A stretch of DNA of 64,000 nucleotides, from positions 94,477 to 158,476 of the forward strand of contig DATKNL010000010.1 in NCBI GenBank assembly GCA_035541435.1, given 5' to 3'. Numbering within the stretch: the first letter of the stretch is position 1; each line of letters begins with the position of its first letter. Position numbers and translations under genes: made by a program. Source of the stretch: Minisyncoccota bacterium (GTDB lineage Bacteria; Patescibacteriota; Minisyncoccia; UBA6257; 2-01-FULL-56-20). The notes under the pieces were generated by a model. That model saw only the letters and a list, made by a program, of their open reading frames with translations, was not told the DNA's origin and did no database searches. This document shows positions 38,180 through 51,197 of the stretch, piece after piece.

Positions 38180-40381
38180 CTAGGTGAGCCGCGATTCGAT
38201 CTTTTCGATGTTCACGTCGCGGGGTTTCGCGCCTTCGCCGGGACCGATGTAGCCGCCGGATTCCATAAGGTCGAGCAGGCGCGCCGCGCGGGCATAGCCG
38301 ACCTTCAGGCGGCGCTGCAGGAGCGATGCCGAGGCCTTTTTCGCTTCGAGCACGGTCGCGAGCGCCTCGTCGAAGAGATCGTCGTCCTCGTCGCCGCCAT
38401 TCGCTTCGCCTTCCATGAACGCGTCGAAGCTCGTCGGACCCGCGATGCCGAGGTTGGCCGGTCCGCCTTTCTCGATATCCGATTCCTCGCGCTCGACGAG
38501 TTCCACCTTGTTGTTCTCGCGGACGAAATCGGCGACCGCGCGGATTTCCTCTTCTGATATGTAGGCGCCCTGGATGCGCTTGGGTTTCGACAGTTCCGCC
38601 GAGATGAAGAGCAGGTCGCCGTGGCCGAGCAGCTTCTCGGCGCCCGCGGTGTCGATGATAGTGCGCGAGTCGATCTGCGAGGCGACCTGCAGGGCGACGC
38701 GCGAGGTGATGTTCGCCTTGATGAGGCCGGTGATCACTTCGACCGACGGGCGCTGGGTCGCGAGCAGCAGGTGGATGCCGGTCGCGCGGGCCATCTGGGC
38801 GAGCCGGACGATCGAACCTTCGACTTCGCGGCCGTACGAGGTCATGAGATCGGCCATCTCGTCGATGCCGACGAGCACATAGGGCAGCGATTCCGAGGGG
38901 TGCGAACCGTTGTAGCTCTTGATGTCGCGGCTGCCCGCCTTCTGCAGCAGCTCGTAGCGGCGCTCCATCTCGGAAATCGCCCACTTGAGCACGCCGACGG
39001 CCTTCTTGTTGTCGGTGATCACGGGGCTGATGAGGTGCGGGATGCCGTCATAGATCGAGAGCTCCACGCGTTTCGGGTCGATGAGCGCCATCTTGAGCGT
39101 CTGCGGCGAGTTCTTGTAAAGGAGGGACGTGAGGAGCGCGTGCACGAGGATCGACTTGCCCGATCCGGTCGCGCCGGCGACGAGCATGTGCGGCATCTTC
39201 TCGATGTTCGCGAAGATCGGCTCGCCCGAAACGTCGCGGCCGAGGGCGAACCCGAGCGGGCCGGCCTGGGTGAAGTCCGGATAGTTCATGAGGCTGCCGA
39301 GTCGCACGAGAGCGGCGGCCTTGTTCGGCACCTCGATGCCGACGAGCGACTTGCCGGGGATCGGCGCCTCGATACGGATCGGATGCGCGGCGAGCGCGAG
39401 CGCGAGGTCGGAGTTGAGGGCCGTGATGCGCGAGAGTTTCACGCCCTCGGCGGGCTTGAGCGTATAGCGGGTGACGGCGGGTCCCACGTTGATCTCACCC
39501 ATCTCGACGGGGATGCCGAAGCTGTCGAGCGTGCGCTTGATGATGTTCGCGTTCGCATAGAGGTCGCCCGTCGTCGGCTTCGAGCTTTCCGACTTGAGGA
39601 GCGACAGGGGCGGGGGAACATAGTTCTTGAAGACGGGCGCCTTGAACTTCTTCGGCTTCGCGTCGTCGTGCGAATCCTTCTGATGCGTCACGGCGATGTC
39701 CTGCATGTCCGCATCCTTTTCCTCCTTCTCGGATTTTTTCTCATCGTCCTTCTTCTCGCCGGTTTCGGATTCCTCGGGCGCGTCCGTCCCCGTGACAAGG
39801 ATCGGTTCGTCGTCGTCAGTCTCGTCGGATCCGGCCCTGTGCGGCATCTTGATCTTCAGCGGGACGTTGGCCGTCACGAGGATGGCCGCGACCAGGATAA
39901 AGACGTTGATCACGCTCGCGGCGATCGTGCCGAAGGGTGTCCGGAGCGAGCCGAAGACGAGCCCGAGCCAGCCGCCGTTGCCCGGCGAGGCGAGCTCGAT
40001 GAGGGCCAGGAAGGAAAGCATGAGCAGGACCGATCCGAGGAGCGTCATGCCGACGATCCGGCGCCTGCCGGCCGAAAGCAGGACCACGGCGGCGAAGAAG
40101 AGCGTCGTGGGCAGGATGAAATAGCCCCATCCGAACAGCGCGTGAAGCCCCTGATAGATCGCGGCGCCGGCGGGACCGGCTTTTGCGAAGCCCGCGAGGA
40201 TCAGGATGATCGCCACGCAGAGGAAGCTGATCGCCCAGATGCTGTTTTTCGTTTCGGAATGAAGCCGGGGTTCCTGAGGTTCGCGCGTGGCGCGGCGTTC
40301 GGTCGCCGCTGCGGCCGCCTTGTCTTTGCGTCCGCCGTTTCGCGACCCGTTCCGCGCACCGTTGCCGTTCTTTTTCGCCAT
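38180..40381 (-). CDS. ftsK: DNA translocase FtsK
   Basis: 4-TM N-domain, PHMLVAGATGSGKS, DEMADLM, ATQRPS, gamma domain LQRRLKVGYARAAR. Confidence 0.97.
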   Translation of the reverse strand: MAKKNGNGARNGSRNGGRKDKAAAAATERRATREPQEPRLHSETKNSIWAISFLCVAIILILAGFAKAGPAGAAIYQGLHALFGWGYFILPTTLFFAAVVLLSAGRRRIVGMTLLGSVLLMLSFLALIELASPGNGGWLGLVFGSLRTPFGTIAASVINVFILVAAILVTANVPLKIKMPHRAGSDETDDDEPILVTGTDAPEESETGEKKDDEKKSEKEEKDADMQDIAVTHQKDSHDDAKPKKFKAPVFKNYVPPPLSLLKSESSKPTTGDLYANANIIKRTLDSFGIPVEMGEINVGPAVTRYTLKPAEGVKLSRITALNSDLALALAAHPIRIEAPIPGKSLVGIEVPNKAAALVRLGSLMNYPDFTQAGPLGFALGRDVSGEPIFANIEKMPHMLVAGATGSGKSILVHALLTSLLYKNSPQTLKMALIDPKRVELSIYDGIPHLISPVITDNKKAVGVLKWAISEMERRYELLQKAGSRDIKSYNGSHPSESLPYVLVGIDEMADLMTSYGREVEGSIVRLAQMARATGIHLLLATQRPSVEVITGLIKANITSRVALQVASQIDSRTIIDTAGAEKLLGHGDLLFISAELSKPKRIQGAYISEEEIRAVADFVRENNKVELVEREESDIEKGGPANLGIAGPTSFDAFMEGEANGGDEDDDLFDEALATVLEAKKASASLLQRRLKVGYARAARLLDLMESGGYIGPGEGAKPRDVNIEKIESRLT

Positions 40382-40442
40382 TATGCCTCTTATTGTACGA
40401 CATCGAGGCATTTGCGGGAAGCGGAAATGCTATCATGGATCC

Positions 40443-41195
40443 ATGACGCCGAAGGAACTCATCGTGTTCGATCTCGACGGGACGCTTGCGCCGAGCAAGG
40501 CGCCGATGAGGCCCGACATGTCCAAGGCCCTGGCCGCGCTCCTCGCGAAAAAGAAGGTCGCCGTGATCGGCGGCGGCAGCTATGAGCAGTTCAGCCGGCA
40601 GTTCGTCGGCCGCCTCAAGGTGCCGAAAGCGCTTCTTCCCAACCTCTTCCTGTTCCCGACCACGTCGACGTCCTTCTATCGCTACCGCAACGGATGGAAG
40701 AAGGTCTATCGGAAGGTCCTCAAGGCGACGGAGAAGAAGAGGATCATGGCGGCGTTCGACGAGGCGTTCGCGAAGACGGGTTACCGGCATCCGAAAAAGC
40801 ATTGGGGGCCCATCATCGAGGACCGCGATTCGCAGATCACGTTCTCGGCGCTCGGTCAGGCCGCCCCCATTCCGGCGAAGGAGGCATGGAACAAAAAGAG
40901 CGACGTGCGTCCCGCCCTCATGAGGATCATGCAGCGGCACCTGCCTGATTTCGAAGTGCGCCGCGGCGGCCTTACCTCGATCGATGTCACGCGCAAGGGC
41001 ATCGACAAGGCCTTCGGCGTCCGACAAATTAAGAAAGTATTAAAGATCCCGATTGCGAACATGCTGTTCGTGGGGGACGCCCTCTATCCCGGCGGCAATG
41101 ACTACGCGGCGAAGAAGACGGGCATCGACTGCATCCCCGTGAAGGATCCGAGCGATACTAAAAAAGTCATTAAAAGAATCTTGACCGCCCGCTAA
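40443..41195 (+). CDS. HAD-IIB hydrolase, phosphomannomutase-like
   Basis: FDLDGTLA, EDRDSQITFSALG, GGLTSIDV, FVGD..PGGND. Confidence 0.85.
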   Translation: MTPKELIVFDLDGTLAPSKAPMRPDMSKALAALLAKKKVAVIGGGSYEQFSRQFVGRLKVPKALLPNLFLFPTTSTSFYRYRNGWKKVYRKVLKATEKKRIMAAFDEAFAKTGYRHPKKHWGPIIEDRDSQITFSALGQAAPIPAKEAWNKKSDVRPALMRIMQRHLPDFEVRRGGLTSIDVTRKGIDKAFGVRQIKKVLKIPIANMLFVGDALYPGGNDYAAKKTGIDCIPVKDPSDTKKVIKRILTAR

Positions 41196-41243
41196 GGGCG
41201 GTTTTCGTTGACATGGGGCCGTTTTGTGGGTAGGATGGCGGTA

Positions 41244-41723
41244 ATGCCGGAATCCTTTAACAGCTCACTCGGGGTCCGCCTTCCGGTCGACGGCGTCGTG
41301 AAGGAGATCGTCTCATTCATGAAGGCCGACCTGCTCCGCCGGTACACGATCACGATCGGGACCGACTCGGAACTGCTTGCGAACAAGCAGGCTGATTTCG
41401 TGACGGCGATCGTCGTGCACCGCGTCGGCAACGGCGGGCGCTATTTCTGGCGGCGGTTCGAGCTCGGCGCGTTCCACACGCTGCGCGACCGCATCATCCG
41501 CGAGGTCCTCATCTCGCTCGAAGTCGCGCAGAAGGTGCTCGAGGAGCTGAAACAGTTCCCGCTGCCGGAATTCGATTTCGAGATCCACGCCGACATCGGC
41601 GAGACCGGTCCGACGAAGGCGGTGATCCAGGAGGTCATGGGCATGATCCGCGCCCACAACTTCGAGCCGCGGATGAAACCCTATAGCTATGCGGCGACGA
41701 ACGTCGCCGACCGGCACGTCTGA
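41244..41723 (+). CDS. RNase H-like YkuK family protein
   Basis: IGTDS, AIVVHRVGNGG, EIHADIG, KPYSYAATNVADRH. Confidence 0.85.
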   Translation: MPESFNSSLGVRLPVDGVVKEIVSFMKADLLRRYTITIGTDSELLANKQADFVTAIVVHRVGNGGRYFWRRFELGAFHTLRDRIIREVLISLEVAQKVLEELKQFPLPEFDFEIHADIGETGPTKAVIQEVMGMIRAHNFEPRMKPYSYAATNVADRHV

Positions 41724-41727
41724 TTCC

Positions 41728-42342
41728 ATGAACACGAAAGGCGACACATTGGTATTCGACATCGAGACGTCGAACTTCTTCACCGACCCCGGCGTGGGAT
41801 GGGACAACTTTGCGGCGCTCAGAATTTCGGTCGTCGGCGTCTATTCGTACCTTCGGGACGAATATTTCTGCTTCGAGGAGCACGAGATGGACAGGCTCGC
41901 CGAGCTTTTTGCCGGAGCGACGACGATCGTCGGTTTCAGCATGAACCGCTACGATGTGCCGGTGCTCAACCTTTATTTTCAGAAGCTGAAGCGTCAGGCT
42001 CCGAACCTGTGGGGCATGGAGCGCGTCGACCTCCTCGAGGAGGTCGAGCTCGCGATGCGGCAGCGCATCAGCCTGAGCCGGCTCGCCGAGGCGAATCTCG
42101 GCGTGAAGAAGGACCGGCACGGTTCCGAAGCCATCGCGCTCTTTCACGACGGCAAGATGGACGAGCTCAAGGAATACTGCCTGAACGACGTGAAGCTCAC
42201 GAAGCAGCTCTATGACCTCTATCGGTCGCAGCAGCATTTCATGGTTCCCGACAAGAAGACCGGCGAGATGGTCCGCGTGGCGTTTTCGAAATCATCGACA
42301 GGGACCGGCGGGACCGTCCTTCCTGCGCAGCAGCTCTTATAG
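41728..42342 (+). CDS. RNase H-like 3'-5' exonuclease domain protein
   Basis: VFDIET, VGFSMNRYD, EYCLNDV (DEDDy-type). Confidence 0.85.
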   Translation: MNTKGDTLVFDIETSNFFTDPGVGWDNFAALRISVVGVYSYLRDEYFCFEEHEMDRLAELFAGATTIVGFSMNRYDVPVLNLYFQKLKRQAPNLWGMERVDLLEEVELAMRQRISLSRLAEANLGVKKDRHGSEAIALFHDGKMDELKEYCLNDVKLTKQLYDLYRSQQHFMVPDKKTGEMVRVAFSKSSTGTGGTVLPAQQLL

Positions 42343-42377
42343 CCCGCTTCCGGCCCCCTCTATTATTAAAGAGGACT

Positions 42378-43571
42378 ATGGACAGGATTTATCTCGATTA
42401 TGCGGCGTCGACTCCCGTCGACCCCGAGGTGTTCGCCGCGATGGAGCCTTATTTCATGAAGAAGTTCGGCAATCCGGGCTCGCTTCACGCGTTCGGACAA
42501 GAGGCGATTGCCGCCGTCGACCGGGCCCGGGAGGCGGTCGCGGCGAGCGTCGGCGCGGATTTTCGCGACGTCATCTTCACGGCTTCGGCGACCGAAGCGA
42601 ACAACCTCGCGCTTCGCAGCGCCGTTCGGTGGGCGCGCGAATCGGGGATTGGCCGCCCGCGCATCGTCGTGTCGGCGATCGAACACGAATCGGTCCTCGA
42701 GACGGCCCGCGATCTCGAGCGTGACGGAGCGGAGCTCGTCGTGTGCCCGGTCGACGGGCATGGCGTTCTTGATATCGACGCGTTGCGGGGCGCGATCGAC
42801 GGGCGAACGGCGATCGTTTCGGTGATGGCGGCGAACAACGAGATCGGCACGATCGAGCCTGCCGCGGCGATCGCGGAAATGATCCGCGGCCACCGCGCGG
42901 AGGCGAAGTCGACGCTGCCGCTGTTCCACGCCGACGCCGCGCAGGCATTCCAGTTTTTCGACTGCCGGTTCGGCGCCGACTTCATGACGATTTCATCGCA
43001 CAAGATCTATGGACCGAAAGGCGCCGCGGCGCTCATCGTCGACGCGCGAACGGTGCCGGTGAAGCGGCTGCGCGCGGCCGCGACGGGAGGCGGCCAGGAG
43101 TTCGGCCTGCGTTCGGGAACGGAGAACGTTCCCGCGATCGTTGGGTTCGCAAAGGCGGCCGAGCTCACCGCAGCGAAGCGCGAATCCGCGCGGACCCGCA
43201 TCGGCGACTTAAGGGACGCGCTCCGCGACGGCATTAGGACGGTTGTGCCCGGCGCCGAGACGAACGGGTTTGCCGATTGGCAGACGGACGGAAAAGACAA
43301 CGCGCTCCCATCGATTTTCAACGTCTTCTTTCCGAACCGCGAGGCGCAGGACCTGCTCACCGCATTCGACCTCGCAGGCCTCGCCGCCGCATCGGGGTCG
43401 GCATGCCACTCGCGCGCGCTCGAGCCATCATATGTCATCGAGGCGCTCGGACATGCGAAGGAGCGGGCGCGATCGAGCATACGATTCAGCTTGGGACGGC
43501 CCACGACGGCAGGCGACATCGAGGGCGCCCTGCGCATCCTCCGTGAAACTTTTTCAAAAAAGGTGTCGTAA
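42378..43571 (+). CDS. iscS: Cysteine desulfurase (IscS/NifS family)
   Basis: IYLDYAASTP, NNEIGT, SSHKIYGPKG, RSGTENV, SGSAC. Confidence 0.92.
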   Translation: MDRIYLDYAASTPVDPEVFAAMEPYFMKKFGNPGSLHAFGQEAIAAVDRAREAVAASVGADFRDVIFTASATEANNLALRSAVRWARESGIGRPRIVVSAIEHESVLETARDLERDGAELVVCPVDGHGVLDIDALRGAIDGRTAIVSVMAANNEIGTIEPAAAIAEMIRGHRAEAKSTLPLFHADAAQAFQFFDCRFGADFMTISSHKIYGPKGAAALIVDARTVPVKRLRAAATGGGQEFGLRSGTENVPAIVGFAKAAELTAAKRESARTRIGDLRDALRDGIRTVVPGAETNGFADWQTDGKDNALPSIFNVFFPNREAQDLLTAFDLAGLAAASGSACHSRALEPSYVIEALGHAKERARSSIRFSLGRPTTAGDIEGALRILRETFSKKVS

Positions 43572-43591
43572 TAGGATATAAAGAGAAAACC

Positions 43592-44878
43592 ATGGAAAAC
43601 CATCAAAAAAAGCTCATTGCGATAGCCCTGCTTATCGTCGCCGCTTTTGCCGTGGCAGGCTTTACGCGGCCGCAGCACGCCCAGGCGAACGCCTTCGACA
43701 GCTTTCTGAACAGCCTGATCGCACCCTTCAAAGGGACGAGCACGGCCGGACCGCTGATCGGGGGATCGGTCCCGACGGCCTCCACCACGCCGCTCTATCA
43801 GCCGGTCGTCGACTATGAGAATGCGGTCGTGAACGCCGTGAAACAGGCGTCGCCTGCCGTCGTCTCGATCACGATTTCGGAAAACGTCCCGGTCGTGGAG
43901 CAGTGCCCGTATGATCCGTTCGGGAATCTTTCGCCCGACTTCCAGCAGTTCTTCGGCGGCGGTTCGTCGATGACGGTTCCGTGCAACAGCGGAAAGACGC
44001 AGCTGCAGCAGGTCGGCGGCGGCAGCGGCTTCATCATTTCGTCCGACGGGCTGATCCTCACGAACAAGCACGTCGTCTCGGATATCGGCGCGTCGTATTC
44101 GGTCCTCACGAACGACGGCAAGACCTATGACGCGACGGTGCTCGCGCGCGATCCGAGCCAGGACCTTGCGGTGCTGAAGATCAAGGCGAGCGGCCTGCCG
44201 ACGGTGACGCTCGGCGATTCGGGAAGCCTCGAGCTCGGCCAGTCGGCGATCGCGATCGGCAACGCGCTCGGACAGTTTTCGAACACGGTCTCGGTGGGCG
44301 TCGTCTCGGGCCTTGAGCGGACCGTGACCGCGGCCGCGCCCGACACGGGAGCCGAAGAGACGATCGCGGGCGTCATCCAGACCGACGCGGCCATCAATCC
44401 CGGCAATTCCGGCGGACCGCTGCTCAACCTGCAGGGACAGGTGATCGGCATCGATACCGCCGTCGCCGAAGACGCGCAGGGAATCGGATTCGCGATCCCG
44501 ATCAATCAGGCGAAGCGCGACATCGCGTCGGTCGAGACGACCGGCAACATCGTCGCCCCGTACCTCGGCGTGCGCTACGTGCCGCTCGATCCGGCGACCG
44601 CAAACGAGAACGGCCTTTCGGTGAACTATGGCGCATGGGTCAAGGGATCGTCGTCATCGGCCCCCGCGGTTCAGCCGAACTCGCCCGCCGCCAAGGCCGG
44701 CGTGCAGGCGGGCGACATCATCACGGCGATCGACGGAACCCCGATCGATGCGACCCATGACCTCGCGACGATGGTGAACCAGCATAGCGTGGGGGATACG
44801 GTGACGCTTACGATCAGCCGCGGCGGCAAGCAGCTGTCGGTGCAGGCGACGCTCACCCAGCGTCCGGCGGGGTCCTGA
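43592..44878 (+). CDS. HtrA/DegP-like serine protease with PDZ domain
   Basis: GSGFII..ILTNKHV, DLAVL, QTDAAINPGNSGGPL, one PDZ domain. Confidence 0.95.
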   Translation: MENHQKKLIAIALLIVAAFAVAGFTRPQHAQANAFDSFLNSLIAPFKGTSTAGPLIGGSVPTASTTPLYQPVVDYENAVVNAVKQASPAVVSITISENVPVVEQCPYDPFGNLSPDFQQFFGGGSSMTVPCNSGKTQLQQVGGGSGFIISSDGLILTNKHVVSDIGASYSVLTNDGKTYDATVLARDPSQDLAVLKIKASGLPTVTLGDSGSLELGQSAIAIGNALGQFSNTVSVGVVSGLERTVTAAAPDTGAEETIAGVIQTDAAINPGNSGGPLLNLQGQVIGIDTAVAEDAQGIGFAIPINQAKRDIASVETTGNIVAPYLGVRYVPLDPATANENGLSVNYGAWVKGSSSSAPAVQPNSPAAKAGVQAGDIITAIDGTPIDATHDLATMVNQHSVGDTVTLTISRGGKQLSVQATLTQRPAGS

Positions 44879-44898
44879 ATGGGCCGGCACCGGGCGGA

Positions 44899-44946
44899 TT
44901 AGCAGTCTCATCCTTAGATTGACAATGGGGCCTCGGGCGCTATAAT
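44899..44946 (+). promoter_or_regulatory. CIRCE-like operator overlapping the sigma70 promoter of clpB
   Basis: TTAGCAGTC-N9-GATTGACAA (44899-44925); TTGACA 44919-44924; TATAAT 44941-44946. Confidence 0.65.
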
Positions 44947-45007
44947 TGTTGCATGGCGCGAAACAAATCAAGTCTCGCGGCGGTATAATAAAAGAGAATC
45001 AACCACC

Positions 45008-47695
<2,688 letters not shown>

Positions 47696-48439
47696 GGCCG
47701 CGATTTTCGCCGCCGCGTGGCTCGTCCTTCCGTTCTGGCTGTTCGCGATCGTCGCGCTCTATCTCTGTTTCGTTCCGGTCCCGCAATCAGCCACGGTTGC
47801 GGGGCCTTTTTTCGCGCTGCTCCTCGTCGCATTCCTCAATCCGCCGGGATGGACGTTCGCCGTCATCCTCGGATGCATCTTCTTCGCGCTGCTCCTCATC
47901 AAAGGGTTCATCCTGATCGACCGCGAGTCGGCCTATGAGGCCGTGATCCTGTCGATCACGTTCCTGCTCTTCCTGGCGTTCTATGAGAAAGCGGGATCGG
48001 CGATCGGCTGGGAGTCGCTCGGCTATTCGTTCGGCGTCGCGCTCGTCGCGGGATTCCTGGTTTCCAACTTCGTGCGGTTCGCCGCACCCAGTCATGTTCC
48101 GCCGGATGAGGGCGCTCTTGCGGGCGACGCCGGTGCAGAGGCGCGGGAGCCGGACGACGACGAAGCCATGGCGTCCGAAAGCCGCATCAGCCGTTTCGGC
48201 CGCCCGGCCGTCTGGCTTGCGACGCTGCTCGTTTGGGAATTCCTGCTCGCCGCGCTCTTCCTGCCGCTCGATTTCGTCTATCAGACGATCGCGGCGTTCC
48301 TCGGCGCGATCGTCGTGATCGATCTCGTACCGCAGCATCTCTTCGGGACGCTTTCGCGCGCCAAGGTGCTCGTGACGGCGAGCATCGTCTTCGTGCTCTT
48401 CGTGTTCATTCTCGGATCGGCGCGCTGGGGGCTCTAGGC

Positions 48440-49633
48440 CTAGGGGAAGACGAGGTCCCACACCATCCCGGCAACGTTGCGTGCCGGTCCCTTGAGCGGG
48501 AAGTGGTGGAGGTCGATGAAGGGCAGGCTGTTGCATTCGATCACGCCGCAGCGCGATGAGCGCCAGGACCGGGCCATGTCCTCGATCATGAAGTCGATGC
48601 CGATCAGGGGATCGTCCACGATGCGTCCGATCGCGAGAAAGAGTTCCCGGTTGTCCGGATGGACGTCCTCGACCTCGGTCGTCGATGCGCCGAACGAACG
48701 GCTTACTTTGGGATGCAGCATGACCATGGCGTTCGCCGCGGGGACGGTGTCGAGCGAATGGCCCTGCGCGGCGACGAAGGCGAGATCGACTTCGATCGCG
48801 TGGAAGACCGGCCCCTTGCGCAGGGGATTTTCGTTTTCTGCGGCGATGAGCTCGCGCAGCGAGCGCCTGCCGTCCCCGATCACGTGCGGCGGCTCGCGGC
48901 GCATGATGCCGCCGATCCGCCCGCCGATCAGCGTGATGCGAAAGACGAATCCCGGCAGCTCCTCTTCGACGACGACGCGGCGCGAGATCTCGCGCGCCTT
49001 CTTGAACGCGTGGCGGAGCGCATCAAGGGTCGTGATATGCATATAGGTGTGGCGGCTGCGCGAACCGATCGCGGGCTTCACGATCACGGGGCCGCCGATG
49101 GACGCGAAGATCGCCTCGGCCTGACGGATGGTCCGCGCGTCCCCGCCGCGGGGGACGGGGATGCCGGCCCGCCCGAACGTCCTGATGATCGCGCCCTTGT
49201 CGTCCATCCAGTCGAGGCCCGCCTCGTGGGCGAGGCGCGGGCGGGGGAGTCCGTCGAAGACGCGCGTGTCGCCGTTCTTGGTCGCGAAGAAGATGTTGCG
49301 CGGAAGGCCGAACGGCCGGAATTCGCGCATGGCGATGCCGCGGCGTTCGGCTTCCTCCCAGAGCACGCGCGAGCGGTCGGTCGTCGTGCGGTCGGGGCGG
49401 TCCGCGATGGTGCCGAAGCCGAGCGCGGCGAGGGCGCCGAACACCGGTGGTGCCAGGCGTCCGGGTTTGAGCCACGCGACGGCGGGGCGGATGAGGTTCC
49501 ATATGGCCTCAAGCGGCGCGAAGATCGTCGCGGACCAGTCGTCGACGGTCGCGTTCCACCGCTCGACGGCGTGCGAGACCGGCATCGGTCCGCAGTCGGG
49601 GCAATAGGCGTGCATGGTGCGGTCGGCCATCAT
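48440..49633 (-). CDS. Cyanophycin-synthetase-like ATP-grasp ligase
   Basis: LWEEAERRGI, MDDK..AGIPVP, VIVKP, VVEE, PPHVIGDG, GIDF, IECNSLP. Confidence 0.8.
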   Translation of the reverse strand: MMADRTMHAYCPDCGPMPVSHAVERWNATVDDWSATIFAPLEAIWNLIRPAVAWLKPGRLAPPVFGALAALGFGTIADRPDRTTTDRSRVLWEEAERRGIAMREFRPFGLPRNIFFATKNGDTRVFDGLPRPRLAHEAGLDWMDDKGAIIRTFGRAGIPVPRGGDARTIRQAEAIFASIGGPVIVKPAIGSRSRHTYMHITTLDALRHAFKKAREISRRVVVEEELPGFVFRITLIGGRIGGIMRREPPHVIGDGRRSLRELIAAENENPLRKGPVFHAIEVDLAFVAAQGHSLDTVPAANAMVMLHPKVSRSFGASTTEVEDVHPDNRELFLAIGRIVDDPLIGIDFMIEDMARSWRSSRCGVIECNSLPFIDLHHFPLKGPARNVAGMVWDLVFP

Positions 49634-49649
49634 GCACCATCATACGCCA

Positions 49650-51173
49650 TCAGAGGAACCCAGGGAAGAAGTCGGTTTCGATCTGCGCGAGCGGGATGCC
49701 GAGCTCCCGGAGTGTCTTCTTGAATCCCGAGACCATCGCTTCGGTTCCTGAAATGTAAAAGATGCGCTCGCGGTAGTCGGGGACCGTGCGGCGGATGAGG
49801 TCGGCGTCGATGCGCCCCTTCACGCCGTTGTGCGCGGGCGCCGGCTCTCCCTCACCCGTGACGACATAGACCGTGCGCAGGCCCCAGCCCGTTTCGGCCT
49901 CGTCGAAGATCTCTTTATAGGAGATGTCGGCGTTCGTGCGGTTCGAATAGAGGAGGACGGCGTCGCGCCGGCCCCCGGAATCGGAGATATGCTTCACCAT
50001 GCTTCGGAACGGGGTGATGCCGATGCCTCCGGCGACGAAGACGAGTTTTTTCGACAGGTCGTCCGGCAGGGTGAAGTCCCCGGCGAGCTGTCCCGCAAAG
50101 ATCGGGTCGCCGGGCTTCATGGCGAGCATGCGTTTCTTGAAACTGCTCGAATTGTCATAGAACCGGACACCGAGGCGCACGTTCGGTTCGGTGGGCGACG
50201 ACGCGATGGTGAAATAGCGGCGGTTGCCGCGCGAATCGATGAGCTCGTGCGCGAGCGTCCATTCGAGATATTGTCCCGGGCGGAACGAAAGCCCCTTGAC
50301 CGGCTCGAACGAGAAATCATAGATGTCGGCGCTTACGGCCTTCTTTTCGCGTAGCACGAAGCGATATTTTCGCTTGGGGCTCACGAGATAGGCGAAGACG
50401 TTGCCGACGAGGAGCGCAAGTTCGGGAATCGAATAGACCGGGCCGATGTGGATATAGGGAGAATAGAGCGCGCCCACGAGCACGGCATAGGCGATGCGGA
50501 GGGAGCGCGTTGGCGGCGTTGTGAGCGGCTCGGTGAGCATGATGAACGCGAAGAAGAAGAGGGGCGTGTGAAGGGCGAGGCGTTCAAGCGTGCCTGCGGG
50601 ATCGAAGAGGGGGCTGAGCGCGATGCAGCTTATGGCCGCCGCGCCCAGGAACGGCAGGACGAGGTCGAACCGCTGGATCTTGCGGACGACGAGGAGCCCG
50701 CCCACGAGGACGAACGGGAGCATGGGCAGGTTGCCGCCGACCCACCAGCTCGCATAGTCACCGAGCGCGAATGCCGTGACGACGACCGCGAGCGCCGCCG
50801 GATTGAAGACGTGCTTCTTCCCGATGGCGAGGAGGTATTTCGAAGCCATCCCGACGACGGCTGCGGCGGCGAGGAACGTGACGCCCGCCAGGCTGTTGGG
50901 CGATGCCGGCGGAACGATGAGGGCGAGGATGAGCGCCGTGATATAGGTCGATTCGTGGTTCGGATGCGCGTCGAAGATCTTTGCGAAAAGCGCGTTCGCA
51001 AGCCATGAAAGCACGATGAGGAAGAGCGTCGAGAAGACGAGCGCCGTCGGATCCACCGGGACCCAATGGACGGCCCCGAAGATGGCGCCCAGCGCGACGA
51101 AGGCAATGAGGACATACAGCACGAGGCGGTACATCGTGATCCTGTTGAGCAGCCGGTCTATGAAGTCAATCAT
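49650..51173 (-). CDS. RnfD/NqrB-like membrane domain fused to an FNR-type oxidoreductase
   Basis: KHVFNPA, FIMLTEPLTTP; FRPGQY, RRYFTIASSP, AGGIGITPF. Confidence 0.85.
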   Translation of the reverse strand: MIDFIDRLLNRITMYRLVLYVLIAFVALGAIFGAVHWVPVDPTALVFSTLFLIVLSWLANALFAKIFDAHPNHESTYITALILALIVPPASPNSLAGVTFLAAAAVVGMASKYLLAIGKKHVFNPAALAVVVTAFALGDYASWWVGGNLPMLPFVLVGGLLVVRKIQRFDLVLPFLGAAAISCIALSPLFDPAGTLERLALHTPLFFFAFIMLTEPLTTPPTRSLRIAYAVLVGALYSPYIHIGPVYSIPELALLVGNVFAYLVSPKRKYRFVLREKKAVSADIYDFSFEPVKGLSFRPGQYLEWTLAHELIDSRGNRRYFTIASSPTEPNVRLGVRFYDNSSSFKKRMLAMKPGDPIFAGQLAGDFTLPDDLSKKLVFVAGGIGITPFRSMVKHISDSGGRRDAVLLYSNRTNADISYKEIFDEAETGWGLRTVYVVTGEGEPAPAHNGVKGRIDADLIRRTVPDYRERIFYISGTEAMVSGFKKTLRELGIPLAQIETDFFPGFL

Positions 51174-51197
51174 CGTTTAAGGAATTTTTAATGAATG

